A stretch of 64,000 bases of DNA from an uncultured Candidatus Saccharibacteria bacterium (GCA_964556655.1 CAZKWY010000001.1:7528-71527); one strand, 5' to 3'; shown: positions 35,258 to 45,566, counted from the first letter of the stretch. A program made the numbers and translations. The notes: generated by a model from the letters alone, not told the origin.

Positions 35258-36349
35258 ATGTCTTACAAAAATATTCTTATTGGATTAATCATCGCTTTTT
35301 TGGCCAGCCTAGGCGCTTTAATCGCCTATGAGGTCTATTTTAGCGACGAAGAAGAGCCGTCCGGGGGAAAAGAAAAATCCCTCCTTGGCAATCTTAAAAT
35401 TATTTCTGAAGAGCCAGCGTTAGGGCCGATTGTTGACGGACAAAAAGTGAAATACTATCTCCAAAACAACGGCAATGTTTTTCAAGCCAATTTTGACGGA
35501 TCGGACACTAAAAGAATCTCTTCTGATATTTTAGAGGGCCTTGTTAAAGTAATCTGGTCGCCCCAAAAAGACCAAGTCATTACTTTTTTTGAGAAAGAAA
35601 ACAGCATAGAAAAATATCTCTACGATTACCAGAGCCAAAAAGCTCAGCTTTTAGACCAAAACATCAAAGAAATTTCCTGGCATAATCGACAAAACACCAT
35701 AGCTTATCAATATACCAGCCAAGAAACAAATAATATTAGCCTGAAACAATTCGCTCAAGGGCCTCATAAAATTATTTCTAAAACACCGTTAAAAAATCTC
35801 CTCCTTGATTGGCCAAAAGAAAACAAGCTCGCTGCCTCAACGAAAGCCAGCGGACTAGTCCAGGGCTTTATTTATTTAATTGACACTGCTTCCGGCAAAT
35901 GGGAAAAAGCAATGGGAGGAAAATACGGCCTCACTGCCCTTTGGTCGCCCCAAGGCGACAAAATTCTTTTTTCTGAAACCAACGAACAAGGAAAAAAGCT
36001 AAGCCTAAAAATGCTTGACCTTAACAGCCAAAAAACTATAGCCACGGAGTTTGAAACATTGGCTGAGAAGTGCGTCTGGAGCCGCGATAACCGCAGTATT
36101 TTTTGCGCCGTGCCAAAAGAAATTCCTTCTTCTTCAGTTTTGCCAGACGATTACTATAAGGATAAAATAACTTTTTTTGACGATATTTGGTGGATTAATC
36201 TAGACACTCAAGAGACAGAAAAAGTTTTTGATTCTTCAGGGATAAAAGGCGAACCGTATAATATTTCTAAAATTATTCTTTCAGAAACAGAGGACCATCT
36301 TGTTTTCCTTAACAAGCAAGACGGTCACCTTTATTCGCTAGAGCTATAA
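35258..36349 (+). CDS. Membrane-anchored TolB-like beta-propeller protein
   Basis: 363 aa. An N-terminal TM segment is followed by PD40/WD-like repeats (VIWSPQKDQVITF, ALWSPQGDKILFS). Confidence 0.45.
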   Translation: MSYKNILIGLIIAFLASLGALIAYEVYFSDEEEPSGGKEKSLLGNLKIISEEPALGPIVDGQKVKYYLQNNGNVFQANFDGSDTKRISSDILEGLVKVIWSPQKDQVITFFEKENSIEKYLYDYQSQKAQLLDQNIKEISWHNRQNTIAYQYTSQETNNISLKQFAQGPHKIISKTPLKNLLLDWPKENKLAASTKASGLVQGFIYLIDTASGKWEKAMGGKYGLTALWSPQGDKILFSETNEQGKKLSLKMLDLNSQKTIATEFETLAEKCVWSRDNRSIFCAVPKEIPSSSVLPDDYYKDKITFFDDIWWINLDTQETEKVFDSSGIKGEPYNISKIILSETEDHLVFLNKQDGHLYSLEL

Positions 36350-37511
36350 TAAGCCAGAAAATAATTGCTAAATCGTTCTTCCAATAAGGCGTGTCGAAAA
36401 GGCCGTGAACAAGAAAATATAATAAAACTGCCCCCAGATAAAACTGCCAGCCCTGAAATTGAGGGGCTTTTTTAAATGAAAAAACTTTTTTAAAAACGGC
36501 CAATAAAAGCCAGATAAAACCAACAATGCCCAGCAGTCCTGTCTGCAGCCAAAAAGCTAGGAAAATGTTATGTGGCTGGGGAACAGCCCACTCTGGATAA
36601 GGAGGAAAATTATGCTGATAAGCCAAATAATATCTCTGGAACACTCCCGGCCCAATGCCGACAAAAGGGTGATCTTTAGCGATTTCTAAGGCGCTTTGCC
36701 AAATAACCATCCTTGATTTAAGGGAAGGATAAGAAAAATCAACTATTCTTTGCAATTTTTCCTCTGGCCACTGGATTAAAAAGAAAATAATTATCATTAA
36801 AAAAAAGAGAATGATGAGATTTTTTCTATCCGAAAGAAAAGCTGCTTTCTTTAATCCAACCAGCAAAAAGAAAAAGGCTCCGACCAAGCCAAGCCACGCG
36901 CCATAAGAAAAAGTCAGATAAAGAACAAACGCCATACAAAAATAACCAACGGACAAAACAGTTTTTTTAGCTTTTTTTCTCGCTAAAGGCCATAGTCCTA
37001 GAGAAATAGCCAAAATCGGAGCTAAATACATAGCTAGATGATTAGGAGAAAGGAAAAAAGCTTTTAATCGACCGTCATAAGTCAAATCCCCATTGAGCCA
37101 ATACCAAAGACTAACTAAGCTGACTAAGGCGCCTGAGAGAAATAATCCTCGCAGAAGAGAAATAAAATAGCTTCTTTTTTTGATAAGATCAATTAAAACC
37201 AGATAAAAAAGAAGGGGCGCCAAAAACCACCCCTTCCATATGCCAGCGCTGGCAGAAAGATTGGAGGAAAAGAAAACAGCTAAGGTAGCTCCAAAAAAAA
37301 TTAAAAAAACAGGATATGGAAAATCAAAAAAAGATATTTTTTCTTTTTGAAGAGCCTTTTTTAAAAGCCATAAAAAGAAAGTAAGATAAATAAGGATCTC
37401 AATAAAATTAAAAGGGACCCAGCCAGCCTTAAAACGCAGCAAATAGAGAGGCAGGCAAACAATAATGAGATAGGAAAAATGTTTTACTAAACTATGGATT
37501 AAACTAGCCAT
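36309..37511 (-). CDS. O-antigen ligase (Wzy_C) family membrane protein
   Basis: 400 aa with about 10 TM helices. A periplasmic loop carries HPFVGIGPGVFQRYY and HNIFLAFWLQTGLLG. Confidence 0.6.
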   Translation of the reverse strand: MASLIHSLVKHFSYLIIVCLPLYLLRFKAGWVPFNFIEILIYLTFFLWLLKKALQKEKISFFDFPYPVFLIFFGATLAVFFSSNLSASAGIWKGWFLAPLLFYLVLIDLIKKRSYFISLLRGLFLSGALVSLVSLWYWLNGDLTYDGRLKAFFLSPNHLAMYLAPILAISLGLWPLARKKAKKTVLSVGYFCMAFVLYLTFSYGAWLGLVGAFFFLLVGLKKAAFLSDRKNLIILFFLMIIIFFLIQWPEEKLQRIVDFSYPSLKSRMVIWQSALEIAKDHPFVGIGPGVFQRYYLAYQHNFPPYPEWAVPQPHNIFLAFWLQTGLLGIVGFIWLLLAVFKKVFSFKKAPQFQGWQFYLGAVLLYFLVHGLFDTPYWKNDLAIIFWLIIALANKGDRLAC

Positions 37512-38802
37512 TGTTTCGAGAAATATCTTCTAAAAGGCTCCTCGCCAAGCCTAAAATAACCATCAGCAGAGCCAAAAGGGAGGGGTGGTAAAGGCTTGTT
37601 TCAAAAAAGCTATGGCCCAAAAAATAAACAAGCGCTCCCATCAAAGAGACGGACAAGAATAATTCCTCGCTGCCGACCTCGTCCTTTCTTAAACATATTC
37701 TCTTAAAAAGAAAAAGAATAAGACCCAAGAAAAGAGCCAGCCAGACAAGCAGAGAAAAAATACCCATTTCAGAAAAAATATCTAAATAAAGATTGTGGGC
37801 GTTAATCGGACTGCGATAATCAGAATCACTATCAACCACCAAAGTATAGTTTCCAAACCCCACCCCTTGCCAAAAATTACTCCGTCCCGCCGTTCCCGCC
37901 TCTTTCCACATTTCCAATCTGCCTGTGTTAGATCCCTCTTCTAAATCAAAACTGGAATAAAAACGACTGGCAAAAGGATTAAAAGGCAGAAGAAAAATCA
38001 TCAAAGAAGCCAGCCAAATAAAAAGCCATTGTTTTTGTTTTAAACGAAGAAAAATTACTAATCCCGAAAAAGCAAAAAAAGAAACTATTACTGCTAGATA
38101 CGCGCCTCTGGCAAAGCTAAAAAGAAGGGCAACGAACAAAAGCCAATAACCGCCAAAAAGCCACTTTCTTGTCTTTTCTTTTCGGCTCAAGAAAAAACCC
38201 AGAGGAATAATTAAGCCAAGGTAAAAAGAAAAAATATGAGGGTCAGAAAAAACAGAAAAAGCCCTCATTATAGCAACGCCCTTAATTTCGACTAACCAAC
38301 TGGGATAAGCCAAGATTAAAGAGCCAAGATTAAATCCTGAAAAAACAGGTATTATGTTTAGAGCCCAAAAAGAAGCGACTCTTTCCAAGCCAAAAAGAAA
38401 CTGGCCCAAAAACTGACTCCAGCCAACAAAAGCCAAAAGACAAGCGCCTCCCCATAAAGCCCAAAGGGCTTGTCTTCTTTTTCTCCCATTGTCCAATAAA
38501 TCAACGGTTAAAAAATAAAGGGGAAAAATAGAAAGAAAAAACAATATCTTCCTTAGCCCCCAAAGAACATTTTCCGCGAAAAATAAAGAAAAGACAGCCA
38601 ACAGCAAAAATAAGATCAAAAAGAAAGACTCATAATGAAAAAAGAGGGGGCGAGAAAAAGATTTTCTTTTCTGCCAAAGCCAGATTAGAAAAAAAATTAA
38701 AATAAAAACGCGCAAAGAAGAAAGATCTATCCCCGGCAGAGGGTTGAGAGCGATTTGGAAGGGCAAATATGCTATTAAAAGAATCAACCATTTATACAAC
38801 AT
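37504..38802 (-). CDS. O-antigen ligase (Wzy_C) family membrane protein, paralog
   Basis: 432 aa and polytopic. It carries WQGVGFGNY and AHNLYLDIFSEMGIFSL motifs. Confidence 0.6.
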   Translation of the reverse strand: MLYKWLILLIAYLPFQIALNPLPGIDLSSLRVFILIFFLIWLWQKRKSFSRPLFFHYESFFLILFLLLAVFSLFFAENVLWGLRKILFFLSIFPLYFLTVDLLDNGRKRRQALWALWGGACLLAFVGWSQFLGQFLFGLERVASFWALNIIPVFSGFNLGSLILAYPSWLVEIKGVAIMRAFSVFSDPHIFSFYLGLIIPLGFFLSRKEKTRKWLFGGYWLLFVALLFSFARGAYLAVIVSFFAFSGLVIFLRLKQKQWLFIWLASLMIFLLPFNPFASRFYSSFDLEEGSNTGRLEMWKEAGTAGRSNFWQGVGFGNYTLVVDSDSDYRSPINAHNLYLDIFSEMGIFSLLVWLALFLGLILFLFKRICLRKDEVGSEELFLSVSLMGALVYFLGHSFFETSLYHPSLLALLMVILGLARSLLEDISRNNG

Positions 38803-40213
38803 CTTTCCTTATTAAAGGTAAAAGATCTTTTTTAATGGAAAAAACGCCCATCAAATAAAGAACAATGAAATAAACCGCCCCTCCTGAAAAAACGGCTACC
38901 CAAGGATTATTTAATAAACCCGACCAAATAAATAAGGCCATTATTGCTCCAGCTCCGAAATATTTCAATAAAGAAACAAGGGAAGGCAGACGCCCCAGAA
39001 GCCGCCTGACGACCACAAGCATTAAAAACGTGACTATTAATTCGGTAAAAAGAGTGGTGAAAGCCGCTCCAAAGTAAGAATAGCGAGGAATTAAAAGCAA
39101 GTTGGCCGCCAAATTTATTAAAGCTCCTAAGCCATAAAAATAGGTAAGAATTTTTTGTTTTTTAAAGGAAATAATGGTATTGGAAAAAAGAACGGCCAGA
39201 AAAATAACACTAGCTGCGACAACAAGAATGTTAAGCACCGACGCTGAAGCAATAAATTCTCTGCCTCCTACCAACACTACTAATTCCTTGGAAATAAAAA
39301 AAGTGCCGACAGCAAGAGGAACGATAAAAAGAGCCAAAAGATTAAATCCTTTTTGGAAAATATGGTAAAATTTTTCGCGATTTGTAAACGCGTAGCGAGA
39401 CATCAACGGAACGATTAAGCCAACAAACATTGCCGGAAAAAACAAAAGGCTCTCTAAAAATTTATAAGCCAAATTATAAATCCCTACTTCGCCCGGAGGT
39501 CTCATCACTGAAAGCATTAAGGTGTCCATTTTAAAATAAACAGCCGTAAAAATAATTGCCAAAGCCAAAGGAACGGATTCCTGGAGCAAACGGCGCCAAA
39601 AAGAAAAATCAAAATCAAACCCGACTTTAACATAGCGGCGAGAAAAAAGGAAAGTTAAGCCAAAAGAGATCAAGGAACCGACCGCCATAGCCCAAAGCAA
39701 AGAAAAAAATCCTAAGCCAAGTTTAATAAAGAAAAAAACCAGCCCTAACTGAATAAGCCGGCCCAAAAGCTCAGCCAAAGCTACCTTATCCATCCTAAGG
39801 TATTTTTGAAAAATCCCCATTAAAACCTGCTGATTAGACATCAGCCAAAAAGCTAGAGCGCCGATTAAAACGCCCCATTTTACTTGGCCGGGATAAGGGA
39901 ATAAAAGAATTGTCAAAGGAGCCAAAGAAAAAACAGCCAAACCCGCAAAAAATCTTAAAGAAAAAGCATTGCTAGCAATCTTTTTTTTATCGGCAAGAGG
40001 ACGAGAAATATCTCTGACGCAAATAGAGTAAAGACCAAGATCTGATAAAACAGTAAAAAAATACAAAAAAGCCAAGATGGTCGCGTAATAGCCAAAACCC
40101 TCTTGGCCAAGATGACGGGTAATCAACCCGATAATAATTAAAGAAAGGGCTAGACCAATAATTCTAGCCCCCGCAGAAACCAAACTGTTATAAGCTATCT
40201 TTTTATCAATCAT
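38792..40213 (-). CDS. Wzx/MurJ-superfamily oligosaccharide flippase
   Basis: 473 aa with about 12-14 TM helices. The N-terminus YNSLVSAGARIIGLALSLIIIGLITRHLGQEGFGYY is typical of polysaccharide-biosynthesis flippases. Confidence 0.65.
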   Translation of the reverse strand: MIDKKIAYNSLVSAGARIIGLALSLIIIGLITRHLGQEGFGYYATILAFLYFFTVLSDLGLYSICVRDISRPLADKKKIASNAFSLRFFAGLAVFSLAPLTILLFPYPGQVKWGVLIGALAFWLMSNQQVLMGIFQKYLRMDKVALAELLGRLIQLGLVFFFIKLGLGFFSLLWAMAVGSLISFGLTFLFSRRYVKVGFDFDFSFWRRLLQESVPLALAIIFTAVYFKMDTLMLSVMRPPGEVGIYNLAYKFLESLLFFPAMFVGLIVPLMSRYAFTNREKFYHIFQKGFNLLALFIVPLAVGTFFISKELVVLVGGREFIASASVLNILVVAASVIFLAVLFSNTIISFKKQKILTYFYGLGALINLAANLLLIPRYSYFGAAFTTLFTELIVTFLMLVVVRRLLGRLPSLVSLLKYFGAGAIMALFIWSGLLNNPWVAVFSGGAVYFIVLYLMGVFSIKKDLLPLIRKDVV

Positions 40214-40668
40214 TTTTTAGAAACAGATCTGACGACAATTCTTCTTTCAGGTTCCTCGCCAACGCTTTCTGTTTCTATTCGCGGATAAGAGGATAGGACA
40301 AGGTGAATAATTCTTCTTTCGCGAGCAGGCATCGGCTGAAGAGTAACAGCTATTTTTTCTGACAAAGCTTGCTGAGCAATGTTTTGAGCTAATCCCTCCA
40401 ATAGTCTGCTCCGATGCTGGCGATAATTGTTGATATCAAGACAGAAATAAACAGGTTCTCCAGCTTGCTTGCTAACTAAAAGACGAGCTAGATGTTGGAA
40501 AGCTTCTAAATTAATCCCGCCCTGGCCAATTAAAAAACCAGCCTTTTCGCTTTGAATATTAACCAACAAACCCTCTTGGGGATGCTCTTCTATGGAAACC
40601 TCTTCGCGCAGGCTCATATATTCAAGCATCTTGGCAATAGTTTCTTTAATCAGCCTAATCTTATCCAT
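40210..40668 (-). CDS. jag: Jag/KhpB RNA-binding protein (KH + R3H)
   Basis: 152 aa. An R3H-like C-terminus (RERRIIHLVL) is present, and the gene lies directly downstream of yidC as in Firmicutes. Confidence 0.7.
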   Translation of the reverse strand: MDKIRLIKETIAKMLEYMSLREEVSIEEHPQEGLLVNIQSEKAGFLIGQGGINLEAFQHLARLLVSKQAGEPVYFCLDINNYRQHRSRLLEGLAQNIAQQALSEKIAVTLQPMPARERRIIHLVLSSYPRIETESVGEEPERRIVVRSVSKK

Positions 40669-40702
40669 AAGAATACTAATATAATACTTATTGGATTAAA
40701 TT

Positions 40703-41425
40703 TCAAGCCTCTGCCTCTGTTCGAACCTTAGTTAAGCGATGTTGAATAATGCCAAAAACAGTAATCACAGACCAATAAAGAGGCAGAGCGGCGGGAAGAT
40801 TTAAAGCAATAAAAAAAGTAAGCAAAGGCATAAAATAAGTCATTTGGCTGCTTAGGATAGAAGAAACATCAATGCCGCCTACCTTGCCTTTCTGGGCCGA
40901 AGATCCTTTTTTGGGCATTACCATTTTAGAATGAAAAAACTGCAAAATACCAGCAAGAAAAGCGAAGATGATGCTTTTTTGTGAAAGATCAACTAGATTT
41001 AAAAACATAACATTGAAAGAAGCAGGCTCCTGAACAAAATTATAAAGCAAATCAAAATTATGCGCGTCTAAACCGGTAAAAAAAACTCGATACAAAGCAA
41101 TTAAAATCGGCAGCTGAATTAAAATAGGCAGGCATCCAGCCATTGGATTGATACGATGCTTTTGGTATAAGGACATTAAGGCGCGCGCCTGCTCTTCTTT
41201 GTTGGGATGCTTTTTCTGAATTTCCTTAATTTTTGGCTGAAGCTGGCTAATTTCTTTCTGCGAACGAACTGCTTTTTTAGAAAAAGGATAAAGAATCAAA
41301 CGAATAATAGAAGTAAGAACAATAATGGCAATGCCCAAATCGGGAATAATATTATAGATAAAAACAAGAGCATTAAAGAGGGGACGATAAAGAGTTTCGT
41401 TAAAAATAGTAATAAAAATTTCCAT
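40703..41425 (-). CDS. yidC: Membrane protein insertase YidC/Oxa1
   Basis: 240 aa. YRPLFNALVFIY...LTSIIRLILYPF, MAGCLPILIQLPILIALY and polytopic TM segments are present. Confidence 0.85.
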   Translation of the reverse strand: MEIFITIFNETLYRPLFNALVFIYNIIPDLGIAIIVLTSIIRLILYPFSKKAVRSQKEISQLQPKIKEIQKKHPNKEEQARALMSLYQKHRINPMAGCLPILIQLPILIALYRVFFTGLDAHNFDLLYNFVQEPASFNVMFLNLVDLSQKSIIFAFLAGILQFFHSKMVMPKKGSSAQKGKVGGIDVSSILSSQMTYFMPLLTFFIALNLPAALPLYWSVITVFGIIQHRLTKVRTEAEA

Positions 41426-41429
41426 TTTT

Positions 41430-41774
41430 TTATTTTTTTATTAAACCAGCCTTTTCAAATAAGCACGTTAATTCTTCTTTAATAAGCTGATATTCTTTTT
41501 CTATAATCTTATCAGAAGGAATAACTACGATATCAAAACAACATTTAAGCTTCTCTTTTTCATCAAAGACTATTTCTTCTAGCCTTTTTTTTATTTTATT
41601 TCGCCAAACAGCTTTCTTTGATATTTTCAGGCCTACTACAAAAGCAAATCTATTAAAGCCTAAATTATTAGCTTTAGTTTTGATTTTTAAAAAATCTCCG
41701 TAATAAGAACGACCTTGATCAAATAGTTCCTTAAAATCGTTCTTTTTTTTGAGCTTGTGTTTTCGTTTAAGCAT
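41430..41774 (-). CDS. rnpA: Ribonuclease P protein component
   Basis: 114 aa and basic. FGLKISKKAVWRNKIKRRLRE-like motifs are present, and the gene sits between rpmH and yidC. Confidence 0.8.
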   Translation of the reverse strand: MLKRKHKLKKKNDFKELFDQGRSYYGDFLKIKTKANNLGFNRFAFVVGLKISKKAVWRNKIKKRLEEIVFDEKEKLKCCFDIVVIPSDKIIEKEYQLIKEELTCLFEKAGLIKK

Positions 41775-41813
41775 TTACGCGCAAAACAAAAACTCCTTCT
41801 TTTGCAATGAAGG

Positions 41814-41948
41814 CTAGACAGTTATTTTTTTTCTTTTTTTAAGTCTTCTTTTAGAAAGAACCCTTTTCCCAAATTTATCTGCCATTCTTTTTTTAAAACC
41901 ATGGGTTCTTTTCCTTTTTTTTCTCTTGGGATTGTAAGTAAAAGACAT
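41814..41948 (-). CDS. rpmH: 50S ribosomal protein L34
   Basis: Manual reverse-strand translation gives MSFTYNPKRKKRKRTHGFKKRMADKFGKRVLSKRRLKKRKKITV (44 aa), which matches the L34 consensus. It is absent from the ORF track because it is under 60 aa. Confidence 0.85.
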   Translation of the reverse strand: MSFTYNPKRKKRKRTHGFKKRMADKFGKRVLSKRRLKKRKKITV

Positions 41949-42132
41949 AACTAAAATTAATTAAAGACCTAGTTTAGGTTAGCATTTTAAAAAAACTAAG
42001 TCAAATCACTAACAACTTATCCCCAATCAATCCACAACTAAAGAAAAAACAGCATTATCTGTGGATATTTTTTAAAATATCGGGTTTGTGATAGAATAAA
42101 AGCGCTAACAAAAAAATAATTTCCCCAAGTTT
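41949..42132. promoter_or_regulatory. oriC part 1 (rpmH-dnaA intergenic) with DnaA-box-like 9-mers
   Basis: TTATCCCCA (42017-42025), AATCCACAA (42029-42037), TGTGGATAT (42060-42068, reverse complement ATATCCACA) and TGTGATAGA (42088-42096) are compared against the TTATCCACA consensus. Confidence 0.6.
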
Positions 42133-43494
42133 ATGGACTTAAAAGAACTTTGGCAGACAACTTTAACCGAAATAGAGCTGACCACATCCAAAGCCAATTA
42201 TATCACCTGGTTCAAAAACACTGACATTCATGCCAAAAAAGAAGGAACTGTTATCATCAACACTCCCAACGGGTTCACCAAAGAATGGCTGGAGAACAAA
42301 TACAACAAACTAATTTTAAAAATTCTCCGCAATCACTCTCCTGACGTTAAAGATGTCCAATTCGTTATTGGGAAATCTTCTTTTTCACCAAAAGAAAACG
42401 AATACAAGAAAGAAAAAGAAGAAAACTTCTTAAACGACCAGCAATTAGGCTTTCAAGAATTTAATCTTAATAAAGAAACCAATCTCAATCCTAAATATAA
42501 CTTTGACAACTTTATTGTAGGCTCTTTCAACGAATTAGCTCAAGCGGCCGGCCGAGCTGTGGTTAAGCATGCAGGAACTCTCTACAACCCTTTATTTGTT
42601 TACGGCGGCGTAGGATTAGGCAAAACCCACCTCTTGCAAGCTATTGGCAATGAATTAACCAAAAAACACCCGAATAAAAAAATAAAATACTTAAGCTCTG
42701 AAAAATATACCACTGAACTTGTAGATGCTATCTCTAAAAGAGGGATGGAAAGTTTTAAAGATAAATACCATAAAACAGATGTGCTTATTATTGATGATAT
42801 TCAATTTATTGCTGGCAAAGAAAAAACACAAGAAGAGTTTTTCCATACCTTTAATTCTCTTTATCAAAAAAATAAACAAATTATCATTAGCTCCGATAGG
42901 CCGCCTAACGCTATCGCCACCTTAGAAGACCGCCTAAGATCAAGATTTGAAGGAGGAATGATCGCTGATGTGAGCACTCCTGATCTAGAAACAAGATTTG
43001 CTATTTTAAAAAATAAAGCTCAAGAGAAAAAAGTTAAAATCCCTGATGAATCAATTAATTATATTGTCACCCATATCCAAAAAAGCATTAGGGATCTAGA
43101 AGGAGCGCTTAACAGGGTAGTGGCTTTTTCTCAAATTAACAATACCACTCCTACGCTTAAAAATACCGCCAAGATACTTTCTCAGATCATTAAAACACCA
43201 AAAAAAATGACCAATCACAAAAACATCATTCAAACTGTGGCAGAATTTTATGATATCGCCATCAGTGATTTAACTAGCCACTCCCGCAAAAAAGAATTAG
43301 TCAGACCTAGACAAATTACTATGCATCTCCTAAGAGAAGAGCTAAAAGGATCGTATCCTTTTATTGGAGAAAAATTGGGCGGTAGAGATCATACCACTGT
43401 TATTTATGCCTGCCAAAAAATTAATAAGGAGATAGAAGAAAACGACTCTCTTCAACAAGAAATCAATCTCATTAAAGAAAGGCTTTATAATTAA
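42133..43494 (+). CDS. dnaA: Chromosomal replication initiator DnaA
   Basis: 453 aa. AAA+ Walker A GGVGLGKTHLLQAIGN, Walker B LIIDDIQF and sensor RFEGGMIADV are present, with a C-terminal DNA-binding domain (ITMHLLREE). Confidence 0.9.
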   Translation: MDLKELWQTTLTEIELTTSKANYITWFKNTDIHAKKEGTVIINTPNGFTKEWLENKYNKLILKILRNHSPDVKDVQFVIGKSSFSPKENEYKKEKEENFLNDQQLGFQEFNLNKETNLNPKYNFDNFIVGSFNELAQAAGRAVVKHAGTLYNPLFVYGGVGLGKTHLLQAIGNELTKKHPNKKIKYLSSEKYTTELVDAISKRGMESFKDKYHKTDVLIIDDIQFIAGKEKTQEEFFHTFNSLYQKNKQIIISSDRPPNAIATLEDRLRSRFEGGMIADVSTPDLETRFAILKNKAQEKKVKIPDESINYIVTHIQKSIRDLEGALNRVVAFSQINNTTPTLKNTAKILSQIIKTPKKMTNHKNIIQTVAEFYDIAISDLTSHSRKKELVRPRQITMHLLREELKGSYPFIGEKLGGRDHTTVIYACQKINKEIEENDSLQQEINLIKERLYN

Positions 43495-43662
43495 CCTCTT
43501 ATAAGATTTTTATCAACAAGCTTTTCTATTCTTTTTGCCCAAGCTGTTAAAAAGAAAAATAACTCTAATAAACAAAAAAGAAGTTTTTCCCCATAAAAAT
43601 TATCACTAATAATATCAATAATAATTTTATATTTATATTATTAATATTATTATTAATTAATA
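43495..43662. promoter_or_regulatory. oriC part 2 (dnaA-dnaN intergenic): DnaA-box-like TTATCAACA plus an AT-rich unwinding element
   Basis: TTATCAACA lies at 43513-43521. An A+T tract of more than 90% spans 43605-43660 (AATATCAATAATAATTTTATATTTATATTATTAATATTATTATTAATTAATAA). Confidence 0.55.
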
Positions 43663-44775
43663 ATGGAAATTATTTGTCTCAAAGAAAAATTAAAAAAGGC
43701 CCTTAATATTGCGGAAAGAATTATCGGAAGAAACTTAACTTTGCCTATCTTAAATAACCTTTTATTGAATACAGAAAAGAATAAGCTAAGAATTTCTTCT
43801 ACTAACCTTGAAATAGGCATTAATTGTTGGCTTCCTGTTAAAGTTAAGGAAAAAGGAAGCATTACTGTGCCTGCTAAATTGATAGCTGGTTTTGTTAATA
43901 ATCTTCCCAATAAAAAAGTAGAGATAAAAAATAAAAACAACCAACTGCAGATAAAATGCGAAAGCTATAAATCAATTATTAACGGCTTAAGCGCCGATGA
44001 TTTTCCTATTATCCCTAAAGTTAAAAGTGATTGTGTCTTAGAAATCAAAGGCAGTAATTTAAGGGATACTCTTTCTCAGGTGGTGAGCATTGCTTCTTTT
44101 TCAGAATCAAGGCCTGAAATTTCTGGTGTTTTTATTTCCTTTAATAAAAATAATATTACCTTAGCGGCAACAGATAGCTTTAGGTTGGCGGAAAAAAATT
44201 TAGAAGCGGAGAAAAGCAACTTTTCATTCGGAGAAAACAGCTCTATTATTGTTCCTCAGAGGACAATTCAGGAATTAATAAGGATCTTAGGCGAAGAAGA
44301 TAGCGAGCTGGTTAAATTATTTTTTGCTAATAGCCAAATTTTATTTGATATGGGCAATCAGCAGATTGTTTCACGTCTTATTGAGGGTCAATACCCAGAT
44401 TATCAACAAATTATCCCCGACAAACTTGAAACAGAAGCTATTATTAATAAACAGGAGTTAATTAACAGCGTTAAATTATCCGGTTTATTCAGCGGCAAGG
44501 CAGGAAATGTCAATCTATTAGTTAATCCTAAAAAATCGGCGGTCATTGTTTCCTCAAAAGACACTGAACTAGGGCAAAACCAATCCCAAATAGAGGCTAA
44601 GATTAAAGGGAAAGAAATAGAGGCAACGTTAAATTATCAATATATATTAGAAGGATTAAGCAATATTTTTAGCGATAAAGTTGTTTTGGGGCTTAATGAT
44701 AATTCCAAGCCAGTTTTATTAAAACCAGTAGGAGATATTAGTTATAATTATATTGTTATGCCTATTAAAGTATAA
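43663..44775 (+). CDS. dnaN: DNA polymerase III beta sliding clamp
   Basis: 370 aa with the three-domain clamp pattern (LKKALNIAERIIG...LPILNNLLL). It is directly downstream of dnaA. Confidence 0.85.
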   Translation: MEIICLKEKLKKALNIAERIIGRNLTLPILNNLLLNTEKNKLRISSTNLEIGINCWLPVKVKEKGSITVPAKLIAGFVNNLPNKKVEIKNKNNQLQIKCESYKSIINGLSADDFPIIPKVKSDCVLEIKGSNLRDTLSQVVSIASFSESRPEISGVFISFNKNNITLAATDSFRLAEKNLEAEKSNFSFGENSSIIVPQRTIQELIRILGEEDSELVKLFFANSQILFDMGNQQIVSRLIEGQYPDYQQIIPDKLETEAIINKQELINSVKLSGLFSGKAGNVNLLVNPKKSAVIVSSKDTELGQNQSQIEAKIKGKEIEATLNYQYILEGLSNIFSDKVVLGLNDNSKPVLLKPVGDISYNYIVMPIKV

Positions 44776-44776
44776 T

Positions 44777-45541
44777 GATTAGCAAATTAAAACAAATTGG
44801 CTTATCAGACAAAGAAGCTAGAGTTTATCTAGCTTCTTTGGAGCTTGGAGAAGCTTCTATCCAAAAATTTCTTTAAAAGCAGAAGTCAATCGACCAACTA
44901 CTTATGTTCAGATGGATAGCCTTATTAAAATGGGATTAATGGCTTCTGTGGAAAAGAATAAAAAAAAGCGCTTTTCGCCTCTTCCTCCTTCGCAACTGCT
45001 TTCTTTTTTAGATAACAAAGAAAAAGAAATTGCCAAAAAGAGAGAAGATCTTAAATTGTCTCTATCAGAGTTTGATTATATTTATAATTTATCTTCTTCT
45101 AGCGAAAAGCCCAGGGTGATGTTTTTTGAAGGAAGAGAGGGGATTAAAGCTATCCAAAACGATATTCTTAAAAGTAAAATAGATCATATTTGCGAATTTG
45201 TTTCTTTAGATGATTCTTATCGTGTTTTTCCGCCAAAAAAAAACGATCATAGGGCAAAAATGAAAAAGAAGTTAAAAAAAGTTGTCAGTCGTGTAATTTA
45301 TACCACTCAAAAAGGCCCTTTTCTAAAAGAAAAAGACAATCTTACTGAACGGCGGTTTGTGCCTTATGAGAAATATCCTTTTCATACTGAAATTAGTGTT
45401 TATGCCAATAAAACAGCCTTTGTTTCCCATCAAGATAAGCTTATTGGCGCGGTAATTGAATGCCAAGATATTTCTAACAGCTTGGAGATTATTTTTAATC
45501 TAGCTTGGGAGGCAACAGAAAAACACCAAAGAGAAAAATAA
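44777..45541 (+). pseudogene. TrmB-family transcriptional regulator interrupted by a frameshift in an A5 tract (about 44866)
   Basis: Frame 1 gives MISKLKQIGLSDKEARVYLASLELGEASIQKFL followed by a stop. The HTH continues in the +1 frame (ISLKAEVNRPTTYVQMDSLIKMGLMASVEK) into the 209-aa ORF at 44912-45541. Confidence 0.5.
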
Positions 45542-45566
45542 GTCGTAGTTGTTTTTAATTTTTAAA

